Notes under the pieces: generated by a model
What the model saw: only the letters and a program-made list of their open reading frames with translations
Database searches by the model: none
What the model was told of the DNA's origin: nothing
Made by a program: the position numbers and the translations under genes
Assembly (NCBI GenBank): GCA_035248345.1
Contig: DATFHO010000030.1
Location: 6,116 to 70,115, forward strand
Length of the DNA stretch: 64,000 bases
Direction: 5' to 3'
Origin: Candidatus Limnocylindrales bacterium
GTDB lineage: Bacteria > Chloroflexota > Limnocylindria > Limnocylindrales > CSP1-4
Shown here: in pieces, positions 52,396 through 62,445 of the stretch
How the letters are laid out: each line of letters begins with the position of its first letter
Position numbering within the stretch: the stretch's first letter is position 1

Positions 52396-52907
52396 CCGGT
52401 CACGCCGCCCAGCTCGCTCGCGCCAATCGCGAGACCGAAACCAGCACTGCCGCCCGCACCGCGCCGCGAACCACGTTCCGCCGTCTGCTCGTCACCCTTG
52501 GCGTCGCGGCATCGCTGCTCGCCGCGGGTGCGACCGTTCGCGCCGCCTCGTTGTGGGCGGCTGCGCAGGCGCCATTGACCGTCGCGCCCGTCTCCGTCGA
52601 ATCGGTCGAGATGGCGCTCGCGCAGGAGAAGTCGCGGTCCGCGATCCTCCAGGACCAGATCACCAACCTCCAGGCATCCGCGGCGGACCTCCAGGGCGCG
52701 CTCGCGGCCGCGCAGGACCGACTGTCGACCGATCAGGCGGCAGCCGACGACCTCCGCACCAGCCTCGCGACCGCCCAGGACAAGCTCGCCAAGCTCGAGG
52801 CGGCGCTCGCAGCGCAAGCGAAGAAGGCTGCGGCACGAACGACCTCCGGCTCGTCCGGTGGTGGTGGCGGTGGCGAGACGGACGACGACGGCGGCCACGA
52901 TGACTGA
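52392..52907 (+). CDS. Single-pass membrane protein with coiled-coil ectodomain and acidic Gly-rich tail (171 aa)
   Basis: ATGA overlap with the upstream stop. TM helix LLVTLGVAASLLAAGATV. A heptad-like Ala/Gln/Leu region precedes the tail GSSGGGGGGETDDDGGHDD. Confidence 0.5.
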   Translation: MTGHAAQLARANRETETSTAARTAPRTTFRRLLVTLGVAASLLAAGATVRAASLWAAAQAPLTVAPVSVESVEMALAQEKSRSAILQDQITNLQASAADLQGALAAAQDRLSTDQAAADDLRTSLATAQDKLAKLEAALAAQAKKAAARTTSGSSGGGGGGETDDDGGHDD

Positions 52908-53325
52908 CCGAACCTGGCTCGGACTGCCGAGCCACGTCATCGTGATGCTCGGCGCCTCGACGGCCGCTTACGCGCTGGTCCTCGCCGGCGTCGCGGGCGT
53001 GCAGTCCCGGAACGAGGCGGATCTCGCGGCGTTGCGCGCCCCGGCCGTCGAGGGCGTGCAGGGTCTCGCCGCGGGCCACGACGCGATCGATGCTCGGCTC
53101 CGGGCCGCGCAGGACGCCTACAACGCCGCGGTCCAGGCGTACACGAACGCCGGTGGGTCGCTCGACACGGTGGAGCTGAACCTCCAGTCCTTCGCCGCGG
53201 TTGCCGGGGAGATCGATGGCGTCGCCCGTTCCATGCCGACCAGCGTCAAGCTCCCGCCCGTCCACCGCTCGAGCGGTGCCGGCGCGCCCGGGACGCACGG
53301 CACGACCGGCGCGTCGGGCGGCTGA
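52900..53325 (+). CDS. Single-pass membrane protein (141 aa) ending ...GTHGTTGASGG
   Basis: 8-nt overlap with the upstream gene. TM helix VIVMLGASTAAYALVLAGVAGV. The C-terminal TGAS matches the [ST]GA[ST] flavinylation motif. Confidence 0.5.
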   Translation: MTDRTWLGLPSHVIVMLGASTAAYALVLAGVAGVQSRNEADLAALRAPAVEGVQGLAAGHDAIDARLRAAQDAYNAAVQAYTNAGGSLDTVELNLQSFAAVAGEIDGVARSMPTSVKLPPVHRSSGAGAPGTHGTTGASGG

Positions 53326-53336
53326 CGAGGGCTCGT

Positions 53337-54353
53337 GTGCCACACCTCGAGATCCGCGAGGGCAGTGCCCTTGGTTCGCGACTTCGCCTGAGCGTCGCAC
53401 CGAGCGCGTCGGCCAGCACCGCAGGGGTCGATGCCGCATGGGCCGCCGTGCAGGAGGTCGTCGACGAGGTCGATCGCGCCATGTCGCGCTTCCGCGATGA
53501 CAGCGAGCTGACGCTGCTGAATCGACGGCTGGCCCATCGCGCCGGGGCCACCGTGCTCGCGGCGCCCGCGTTCATCCCATCGCGGGCCCTCGCGGCCGCG
53601 CTCGTGACGGCCGATCGCGCCCGGCGGATGACGGGCGGCCGCTTCGACGCGCGGGTGGTCGTCGATCTCGAGCGCCTGGGTGCGGCGGGCATGCCGCAGG
53701 GCGCCGCGGGCGCGTCGCTTGGCGCCGCTGGCGACCCGCGGGCGCACGCGCTGCGGCGCGCGTCGAGGCCGCTGGTTGCTCGCGAAGGGCGTGGCCCCCT
53801 GGCCCTGCTTGCCGCGGCTGACCTCGGCGGCCTCGGCAAGGGACTTGCGCTCCGATGGGCACGCAGCCGGGCGGCCGCGGAGCTGGGCGACGCGTCCTTC
53901 CTGCTCGATGCGGGCGGCGACATCACCTCGTCGGGCATGCCGGTGGGGCTCGGTGAACCTGGTTGGTCCATCGGAATTGAAGACCCGGCGACGGCGGGCC
54001 AGGTCGTCGCGACCGTCGAGCTCCGGCCGGATCAATCGATCGCGACGTCATCGGTCCGCATCGGGCGCTGGGCCGCGCCGGACGGCCGTGCCGTGCATCA
54101 CCTCATCGACCCATCGACCGGCGAGCCCGGCGGCGCGGGGTTGCGCGCGGTCACGGTGGCGTGGCCGGACCCGGCCTGGGCCGAGGTGTGGTCCAAGGCG
54201 TTGTTCCTCGAAGGCGCGCATGGGATCGCGATGGCTGCGCGCCGGCGCGGCCTCGCGGCCTGGTGGGTCGACGATGCCGGCGAGCTGTCCATGACACCCG
54301 CCGCGCGCGTGCAGACGACCTGGGTCCGCAGCGAGGCGAGCTCGGCCGCCTGA
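53337..54353 (+). CDS. apbE: ApbE-family FAD:protein FMN transferase
   Basis: DLGGLGKGLAL and AVHHLIDPSTGEP motifs. GTG start. No obvious signal peptide or lipobox. Confidence 0.8.
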   Translation: MPHLEIREGSALGSRLRLSVAPSASASTAGVDAAWAAVQEVVDEVDRAMSRFRDDSELTLLNRRLAHRAGATVLAAPAFIPSRALAAALVTADRARRMTGGRFDARVVVDLERLGAAGMPQGAAGASLGAAGDPRAHALRRASRPLVAREGRGPLALLAAADLGGLGKGLALRWARSRAAAELGDASFLLDAGGDITSSGMPVGLGEPGWSIGIEDPATAGQVVATVELRPDQSIATSSVRIGRWAAPDGRAVHHLIDPSTGEPGGAGLRAVTVAWPDPAWAEVWSKALFLEGAHGIAMAARRRGLAAWWVDDAGELSMTPAARVQTTWVRSEASSAA

Positions 54354-54368
54354 ACGCCGCGGGCTGTG

Positions 54369-54908
54369 TCAGCCCTCGCGCAGGCTCGCGGGTGCGCCCA
54401 CGGCCCAGTCATCCCCCGGCCAGAGATCGATCGGCTCGTAGCCGACGACGCCGAGCGCCAAGTTGATCTCGCCCACGTGGTACGCCTCGTGGGTGATCAG
54501 GCGGAGCAGGATCGATTGGCGGGTATGGAGCTCGTCGTGGCCTGCTTCGGTTTCGCGCTGCGTTTCCGTGAGGCGCTCCGGCGTCCAGCGGTCCAGGCAG
54601 TCGGAGACGACCGACCAGCTCGTGGCGAAGTCGTCGGCGAGGCTCGCAGCCGAGGCCGGGCGACCGAGCGCGACCCACTCCTCGTTGTTCAGCGAGTTGA
54701 ACGGCGTCCGATCGGCGCCCGCTTCCCCGAACACCGCGCACAGCCACCAGATCCGCGCCCGGCCCATGTGACCGACGATCCGCCAGACGGGCCAGTGATC
54801 GGAATCCGGGACGCGCAGCTCCAGCGCCTCGAGCGGAAGGGCGCGGACGCCTTCGACAACGCGCCGGTTGTAGCCCGCCCAGTCGGCGTAGAAGGCCCGG
54901 ACGCTCAC
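54369..54908 (-). CDS. DinB-family (four-helix bundle, metal-binding) protein
   Basis: His triad context WRIVGHM..., ...HEAYHVGEI, 179 aa, GTG start. Confidence 0.7.
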   Translation of the reverse strand: MSVRAFYADWAGYNRRVVEGVRALPLEALELRVPDSDHWPVWRIVGHMGRARIWWLCAVFGEAGADRTPFNSLNNEEWVALGRPASAASLADDFATSWSVVSDCLDRWTPERLTETQRETEAGHDELHTRQSILLRLITHEAYHVGEINLALGVVGYEPIDLWPGDDWAVGAPASLREG

Positions 54909-54921
54909 GAGCCGGTCTTGA

Positions 54922-55743
54922 TCACGAGCCGGTGACGTACTCCCCGCCGTCGACCCCGATGACCTCGCCGTTGATGAACCCGGTCCCCTCGCGGGACAGC
55001 GCCGTGATCGCGTTGGCGACGTCCTGGACGGTGGTCATGCGGCCGGTCGGGTTGCGGCGCATGCCCGCCGCGATGATCTCGTCGTGCTCCGGAATCTTCA
55101 TCAGCGCCGGCGTGATCGTGACCCCGGCGCGGATCGAGTTGGCCGTGATCCCCGTCCCGAGCCGGGCGAGCTCCATCGCGAGCTGGCGGATGTGGGACTC
55201 GAGCGCGGCCTTCGCGGACGACACGACGCCGTACGACGGCACGACGCGGGTCGAGCCCTCCGAGGTCATCGCGTAGATCTTCGAGCCGTTCGCGAGGAAC
55301 CCGCCGCGGTAGAGGTCCTGGACCCAGTAGACGAGGCTGTTCGCCATCACGTCCTGAGTCATCTCCATCTTCTTGCGATCGACGGCCGCTTTGGGGTCAT
55401 CCGTGATGAAGGGCACGAGCGAGCCGAATGCGAGCGAGTGCATGACGACGCGCACGTACGGGTCGCGCCCGGCGGCCTTCGCGGCATCGAAGCGCTCGCG
55501 CAGCTGGGCCAGCGCGCCGGCGCGTTTCTCGTCGTCGGCCGCGTTCATGTTGATGTACAGGACCTCGCGGCCGAGCGCGGCGAGATCGGCTTTGAGCTCC
55601 TCGACGTGCTGGAGCGCGGCGCGGAAGTCGAGGTGGATGCCGCAGATGTTGTAGCCGTCGGCCGCCAGCGCCCGGGCGGTCGCCTCGCCCATGCCCGAGG
55701 AGCCGCCGAGGATCAGCGCCCAGCGCTCGCGCGTGTCGGTCAT
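54922..55743 (-). CDS. SDR-family oxidoreductase, enoyl-ACP-reductase (FabI/FabL)-like
   Basis: LILGGSSGMGEATA dinucleotide motif and YGVVSSAKAALE (Y-x6-K) active-site spacing. Confidence 0.8.
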   Translation of the reverse strand: MTDTRERWALILGGSSGMGEATARALAADGYNICGIHLDFRAALQHVEELKADLAALGREVLYINMNAADDEKRAGALAQLRERFDAAKAAGRDPYVRVVMHSLAFGSLVPFITDDPKAAVDRKKMEMTQDVMANSLVYWVQDLYRGGFLANGSKIYAMTSEGSTRVVPSYGVVSSAKAALESHIRQLAMELARLGTGITANSIRAGVTITPALMKIPEHDEIIAAGMRRNPTGRMTTVQDVANAITALSREGTGFINGEVIGVDGGEYVTGS

Positions 55744-55795
55744 CGTGCAGGGTCCTCCGGCGGGGTGGTCGCGGCGAGTCTATCGGTTCGGTCTC

Positions 55796-55847
55796 GGGTC
55801 GCTCCGGGTCGCTCCCGGGTCGCTCCCGCGTAACTCGCGTGCGACCC
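55796..55847. repeat. Three tandem GGGTCGCTCC(C) units (55796-55827) plus an inverted core GCGACCC (55841-55847)
   Basis: Read directly from the sequence. The 10-11-nt period equals about one helical turn. The repeats lie 10-60 nt upstream of the MFS::cNMP GTG, in the divergent SDR/MFS gap. Confidence 0.8.
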
Positions 55848-55856
55848 TAGGCAGCG

Positions 55857-57512
55857 GTGAATCGAGAACTTGCGTCCGCGGTGCTCGGCAACCGGTCGCT
55901 TGCCCGCATCGAGCTCGCCTTCGCCGCGTTCAACCTCGCCGACTGGGTGCGCTGGCTCGCAATCGTCGTCTTCGCGTTCGATCGCGGCGGCGCCGCGGAA
56001 GCGGGCATCGTCACGCTGCTCCAGTCCGTGCCCTCGGCGCTCGTTGCGCCGTTCGGCGCCAACATCGGCGATCGGTTCTCGCGACCGACGATGCTGCGCC
56101 TCGGCTACACGTGTCAGGCGATCCTGCTGGCCCTCACCGCCGCAGCCGCCCTCGCGACGGATTCGGCCGCGCTGGTCTACCTCTTCTCCACCATCGGGGC
56201 GATGGCGTCCTCCCTGATCCGGCCCGCCAACCGATCGCTGCTGCCGGAGATCACGAAGACGCCGACGGAGCTCACGGCCGCCAACGTGCTGTCGAGCTGG
56301 GTCGAAGGGCTCGGCGGGATGACGGGGCCGATCCTGTCCGGCGTCCTGGTGGACCTGTCCAGTCCTGGTGTCGTCATCGGCCTGGCGGCGGCCCTGGTGA
56401 CGGCGAGCGCGTCGCTCGTCCTACGGCTCGAGACCGCGACGGTTGCTGTGCCGGCGGTCTCGACCCCGGCGGAGCCGGACCCCGGACGTAGCGCTGGCGC
56501 ACCTGACGTCGCGCGCCGCGAGCGTTCGATCTTCGGCGGGTTCGTGGCGCTTCGGCGCCGAGCCGCGCCGCGCATGATCGTCATCGCGTTCACCGCGGCG
56601 TCGCTCCTCGCCGGCGCGATCAACGTGCTGTACGTGTCGCTCGCGCTCGAGGCGCTCGGGACTGGCGCGAGCGGCGCCGGCACCCTTGGTTCCGCGCTAG
56701 GCCTGGGCTACCTCATCGGCGCCGCGCTCTCGACCGTGCTCGTCGGGCGGCCGCGGCTCAGCGGTGCGGCCGCGATCGGGTTCCTGCTCGGCGGGCTGCC
56801 ATTGCTCCTGATCGCGGCTTCGCCCTCCGTCGTGGTCGCGATCGGCTGCATGGTCATCGTCGGCGTCGGCCACGCGATCTATGACGTGGCCGCCATGAGC
56901 CTCCTGCAGCGCGTGTCGCCGGAGCGCGTGCTGTCCCGGATCTTCGGGATCGTCGAGTCGGGCTACCTCGCCGCGTTCGGCATCGGGTCGGCGGTCATCG
57001 CGTGGCTCATCGTCGTGGTCCGGCCGCTGCCGGCAATCACGCTTGCCGGCCTGTGGATGCCGATCGTGGTCCTCGTCGTGTGGCGGGGCCTGCGGGCGGT
57101 CGACAACCGGGCCTCCGTGATCGCCGCGGAGCACATCGAGCTCCTTCGAAGCCTGCCGATGTTCAAACCGCTACGGCCCGTGACGCTCGAACGGCTCGCG
57201 CGAGGCCTCTGGCGGGTCCACTTCGAGGCGGGCGCGGTGATCCTCCGGCAAGGCGATTTCGGCGACGCGTTCTACGTCGTCAAGTCGGGCCGCGTGCGGT
57301 ATGAGATCGATGGGCAGGTCGTCGGCGAGGATGGGCCCGGAGCGGAATTCGGCGAGGTCGCGCTGCTCCGCAACGTGCCAAGGACCGCGACGGTGATCGC
57401 GGTCACCCCCGTGCAGGCGTTCGCGCTGGGACGGCGGCAGTTCCTTGAGGCGATGACGGGCTCGCGAGCCCACGCCGCTGCCGAGGAGGTCGCGACCGCC
57501 CGCCTCGGGTAG
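55857..57512 (+). CDS. MFS transporter fused to a C-terminal cyclic-nucleotide-binding (CAP_ED) domain (551 aa)
   Basis: About 12 TM helices, then LRSLPMFKPL...FEAGAVILRQGDFGDAFYVVKSGRV...GAEFGEVALLRNVPRTATVIA, which contains an intact phosphate-binding cassette (FGE..L....RTATV). Confidence 0.8.
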   Translation: MNRELASAVLGNRSLARIELAFAAFNLADWVRWLAIVVFAFDRGGAAEAGIVTLLQSVPSALVAPFGANIGDRFSRPTMLRLGYTCQAILLALTAAAALATDSAALVYLFSTIGAMASSLIRPANRSLLPEITKTPTELTAANVLSSWVEGLGGMTGPILSGVLVDLSSPGVVIGLAAALVTASASLVLRLETATVAVPAVSTPAEPDPGRSAGAPDVARRERSIFGGFVALRRRAAPRMIVIAFTAASLLAGAINVLYVSLALEALGTGASGAGTLGSALGLGYLIGAALSTVLVGRPRLSGAAAIGFLLGGLPLLLIAASPSVVVAIGCMVIVGVGHAIYDVAAMSLLQRVSPERVLSRIFGIVESGYLAAFGIGSAVIAWLIVVVRPLPAITLAGLWMPIVVLVVWRGLRAVDNRASVIAAEHIELLRSLPMFKPLRPVTLERLARGLWRVHFEAGAVILRQGDFGDAFYVVKSGRVRYEIDGQVVGEDGPGAEFGEVALLRNVPRTATVIAVTPVQAFALGRRQFLEAMTGSRAHAAAEEVATARLG

Positions 57513-57530
57513 GCGGGCGACGGGCGGCCG

Positions 57531-59207
<1,677 letters not shown>

Positions 59208-59218
59208 GGCGGCGAAGG

Positions 59219-59845
59219 TTACCGCCGCGGACGATTTGCCTCCGTCGGCGGGAGCTTGCCGAACACGACGACATCGAGGCGCTCGCCCATCCAGGCGCCG
59301 TGCTTCGGCAGCGTCGACTCGTATTCGAAGCCGGCTCGGCGCGCGACGGCGACCGATGCGTCGTTGCCCTCGACGACGGTGAGGAACACGCGCGTTGCTC
59401 CGAGCTCGAACAGCCAGCCGGTGAGGAGGACGACCGCGCGCGTGGCGAATCCCTTCCCTCGTGCGTGCGGCGCGAGCCAGTAGCCGATCTGCGCGACGCG
59501 CTCGTCCGACCAGTCGTCGACGCCGGTGCAACCCAGAAGCTCCCCGGTCTGGGCATCGGCAATCGCGAAGACCGCGCCGCTCGGCCGTCCCATCTCGGCG
59601 AACGCGCGCCAGCTCGCGGTGAACCCCTCGATGTCGGCCGCCGCTTGGCCGATCGAGAGCGGCGGACCCGGATACCCATCCGCGTCGTGGGCGCCGTTGT
59701 AGCGACGGATCGCGGGGTCTGCGAAGGCCGCGGCCATGAACCCTGCGTCATCGCGCGACCAGGAACGTAGCGTCACGACACCGTCGGAAAGGGTGGGCGA
59801 GTCGGCGCCAGTCGACATTGCGGCGTTCGGGGCTTCGTCAGTCAT
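59219..59845 (-). CDS. GNAT-family N-acetyltransferase (RimJ/RimL-like)
   Basis: VTLRSWSRDDAGFMAAAFADPAIRRY and motif A WLAPHARGKGFATRAV. Confidence 0.8.
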   Translation of the reverse strand: MTDEAPNAAMSTGADSPTLSDGVVTLRSWSRDDAGFMAAAFADPAIRRYNGAHDADGYPGPPLSIGQAAADIEGFTASWRAFAEMGRPSGAVFAIADAQTGELLGCTGVDDWSDERVAQIGYWLAPHARGKGFATRAVVLLTGWLFELGATRVFLTVVEGNDASVAVARRAGFEYESTLPKHGAWMGERLDVVVFGKLPPTEANRPRR

Positions 59846-59855
59846 GCGTCACCGA

Positions 59856-60554
59856 TCACCCGGCGTCGACTCGCGACGTGAGGCCGTCGAGCATCCATCG
59901 GGCGTGCCGGGCGACGACCTCCGAATCGACGCCGATCCTCGCGCTGATTCGCATCCGGAGCTCCTCGTCGTCGACCTTCTTCGCGAGCCGGATGTAGTCG
60001 CGGAACTCCCTGCGGTCCGGTCCATCAACGACGTGGATCACAACATCCTGCAAGCGCGATCGAACGGTTTCCAGAAGCACCGGCGAACGCCGGATCGCAC
60101 GGATCACGTCGCTCTTCATATACCCCGATCGATGGCAGTACACGTCAGCTTCGAGAAATCGAACCATCAGCTCGATCTCATCGCGCTCGTTCGGCTTGTG
60201 CTCGAGGGCCGCCCAGAACGGCTCATACAGACCCTTGAGGAGCTCATGAAACCATCCGACGCGAGCGAGGTGCTCGATCTTCTCGTCGCTCAGCTTCGCA
60301 AACCGCCACACATCGGGGATCCCGTCCATTGCGTGACTGAGGTGCTCGGCGAGCTCGGTCATGCGCTCGATCGTTCGCTCCACGTGCGGCTTGGCGCGAC
60401 GCAGGTGTTGGAGCTCAGGGTGCAGCAGCAGCCAGTAGTCGGTCGCTGCCTGCTGCCACATCGTCCATTCGTCGGCGTTCCCAGCGGCACCCTTCGCGTC
60501 GGCCGCGTCCAGCATCCGCTGGAGCGCGTCGGCTAGCTCACGCGACCTTCGCAT
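59856..60554 (-). CDS. Hypothetical all-alpha protein (232 aa) in a lower-G+C segment
   Basis: Clean ORF with no family I recognise. Hand counts of lines 60061 and 60121 give 36/60 and 31/60 G+C, versus 44/60 for a typical line (5941). Confidence 0.5.
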   Translation of the reverse strand: MRRSRELADALQRMLDAADAKGAAGNADEWTMWQQAATDYWLLLHPELQHLRRAKPHVERTIERMTELAEHLSHAMDGIPDVWRFAKLSDEKIEHLARVGWFHELLKGLYEPFWAALEHKPNERDEIELMVRFLEADVYCHRSGYMKSDVIRAIRRSPVLLETVRSRLQDVVIHVVDGPDRREFRDYIRLAKKVDDEELRMRISARIGVDSEVVARHARWMLDGLTSRVDAG

Positions 60555-60595
60555 GGCCTTGAGTCAGCGTCGCGACAGGCCAACCAGACGGAGCC

Positions 60596-60931
60596 TCACT
60601 GGCCGCGACATGGTGGGCTCTCCCAGCCTTCTGGACGAACGCTTGCTTTGAAACCGTCGCCGACGACGTCAACCAGGATGTATCGGCCGTCGGGATAACA
60701 GGCGTGCACATCCGCGTGGAACACCGGTCCCCGATCGATGACGATGACCAATCGCGCGCCAGCGAGCGGCGCGACCGCCCGAGCGGCAGCCAAGACATGA
60801 CCGCAGAGCTCCGACGGATTTAGATGGCACTCGACAGCCTGCGTTGGGACCGGTTCGGGCGATGGCGACGGCGCAGATCGGCAGGCCGCGACGGACAGCA
60901 TCAGAGGCAGGACGGCCGCGCGGCGGGGCAT
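60596..60931 (-). CDS. Small Cys-containing lipoprotein (111 aa)
   Basis: Signal peptide with lipobox LPLMLSVAAC and four further Cys residues. Line 60661 hand-counts to 37/60 G+C. Confidence 0.45.
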   Translation of the reverse strand: MPRRAAVLPLMLSVAACRSAPSPSPEPVPTQAVECHLNPSELCGHVLAAARAVAPLAGARLVIVIDRGPVFHADVHACYPDGRYILVDVVGDGFKASVRPEGWESPPCRGQ

Positions 60932-60962
60932 GGACGTGGATTCCTGCTCGGTCAGCGTCGCG

Positions 60963-62207
60963 TCACACGACATCGGCGACGCGGAGCGACTGGATCTCGG
61001 CACTGCCGTAGCCGAGCTCGCGGAGGATGTCGTCTGACTGTTCACCGAGAAGCGGAGGTGGGGTTCTCACGGTCGCGGGGGTCCGGGAGAGCTCGTACGG
61101 CGGCGCAACCTGGTCGACTGTGCCGAGGGCCGGATGTTGCATCGAGACGCGAACGCCGAGCGCTTGCGCCTGTGGCGAGCCGAAGGCCGACGGCAGGTTG
61201 TTGATCGGGCCGACCGGGATGCCCGCGGCGTCGAGCCGTGCGAGCCATTCCGACGAGGCAGCCGTCGCGAACCGCGCGGCGAGCAGCGGGATCAGGGCGC
61301 CGCGATTGACCACCCGATCGCCGTTCGTCGCGAATCGCCCGTCTGCAACGAGCTCGGGCGCGCCGATCGCCGGCCCGAATTTCGCCCACTGCCGCTCGGA
61401 GCCCACGCCGACCGCGATCTCGCCATCCGCCGTCGCGAACGTCTCGTACGGAACGATGCTCGGGTGGGCGTTGCCGCGGCGCGCCGGGTGCTGCCCCGTG
61501 GCGAGTGCGGCCTGTGCTTGGTTGACCAGGACGGCGAGCGTCGCTTGGAGCAGCGAAACGTCGATCCGCTGGCCGGCGCCGCCGTCCTCGGCCTCCAGCG
61601 CCCGGCCCGATCGTTCCCGCCCGAGCAACCCGGCGAGCACGGACACCGCGCCGAACAGCCCGCTGACCACGTCACTGATCGCGACACCGACCTTCATCGG
61701 CCGCCCGTCGGGCTCGCCCGTGATCGACATGAGGCCGCCGACCGCCTGGATCACGAAGTCGTAGCCCGGCTTCTCGGCATCCGGCCCGCGCGTGCCGAAG
61801 CCGCTGATCGCGAGGTGGATGAGGTTCGGGTTGAGCTCGTGGAGGACCTCGTCGGAGAAGCCGAGCTTCGCGAACCCGCCGACGCGGTGGTTCTCGACGA
61901 CGACGTCGCTGCCGCGCAGCAGCCGTCGCAGCACCTCGCGGCCCGCCTCCTTCGAAAGATCCAGCCGGATCGAGCGCTTGTTCCGATTGACTGAGATGTA
62001 GTAGGTCGCCGTCCGGGTCCCGTCGGCCTCCGAGCCGACCCACGGCGGACCCCAGCCGCGCGTCGCGTCGCCTTCGGGCGGCTCGACCTTGATCACGTCC
62101 GCACCGAGATCGCCCAGGAGCATCGTGCAGTAGGGCCCGGCCAACACCGTCGAGCAGTCGATGACACGAATACCCGCGAGCGGCCCGGGGTTGGTCGTCA
62201 GCGGCAT
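60963..62207 (-). CDS. Family III (CaiB/BaiF) CoA-transferase (414 aa)
   Basis: PLAGIRVIDCSTVLAGPYCTMLLGDLGADVIKVEPPEGD N-terminal signature and the catalytic Asp context GVAISDVVSGL. Confidence 0.85.
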   Translation of the reverse strand: MPLTTNPGPLAGIRVIDCSTVLAGPYCTMLLGDLGADVIKVEPPEGDATRGWGPPWVGSEADGTRTATYYISVNRNKRSIRLDLSKEAGREVLRRLLRGSDVVVENHRVGGFAKLGFSDEVLHELNPNLIHLAISGFGTRGPDAEKPGYDFVIQAVGGLMSITGEPDGRPMKVGVAISDVVSGLFGAVSVLAGLLGRERSGRALEAEDGGAGQRIDVSLLQATLAVLVNQAQAALATGQHPARRGNAHPSIVPYETFATADGEIAVGVGSERQWAKFGPAIGAPELVADGRFATNGDRVVNRGALIPLLAARFATAASSEWLARLDAAGIPVGPINNLPSAFGSPQAQALGVRVSMQHPALGTVDQVAPPYELSRTPATVRTPPPLLGEQSDDILRELGYGSAEIQSLRVADVV

Positions 62208-62445
62208 GGCGCGATGGTAAGAGTGCCGAAGTTCACCCAATGATCATTTCCGAGCCATCGAGGCACGTAACGCGCCGAGCGGCGCGTTCGGACCGTCGAA
62301 TGCGACCGGGCGCACGCCGTCCTGATCGTGCCTTGGCTCAGCGCACACGCGGCTACCGGGTCTACAGGATCGTTGTGGGCTTCGAACCGCACAGAAAGAT
62401 CAATACGTGACCGTCGGCGGGCACAAACGGCCCCGCCGGCGAGCG

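Noticed and set aside
54905-54933. 12-nt direct repeat TCACGAGCCGGT (54905-54916 and 54922-54933) at the SDR stop / DinB start junction
   Set aside because: It looks like a small local duplication of the SDR 3' end (ACCGGCTCGTGA) that happens to provide the DinB GTG. There is no evidence of function.
55796-55827. Possible CRISPR-like array
   Set aside because: There are only three contiguous 10-11-nt units with no spacers, and no cas genes lie in the window.
59856-60931. Calling the lower-G+C islet a mobile element
   Set aside because: I could recognise no integrase, transposase, terminal inverted repeats, target-site duplication or tRNA. It is reported only as a compositional anomaly.
62376-62395. 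tRNA-like T-arm (GTGGGCTTCGAACCGCAC) that could mark a tRNA gene or an integration att remnant
   Set aside because: The flanking bases do not form a proper 5-bp T-stem. No acceptor, D or anticodon arms can be drawn around it, and no integrase or matching direct repeat is nearby.
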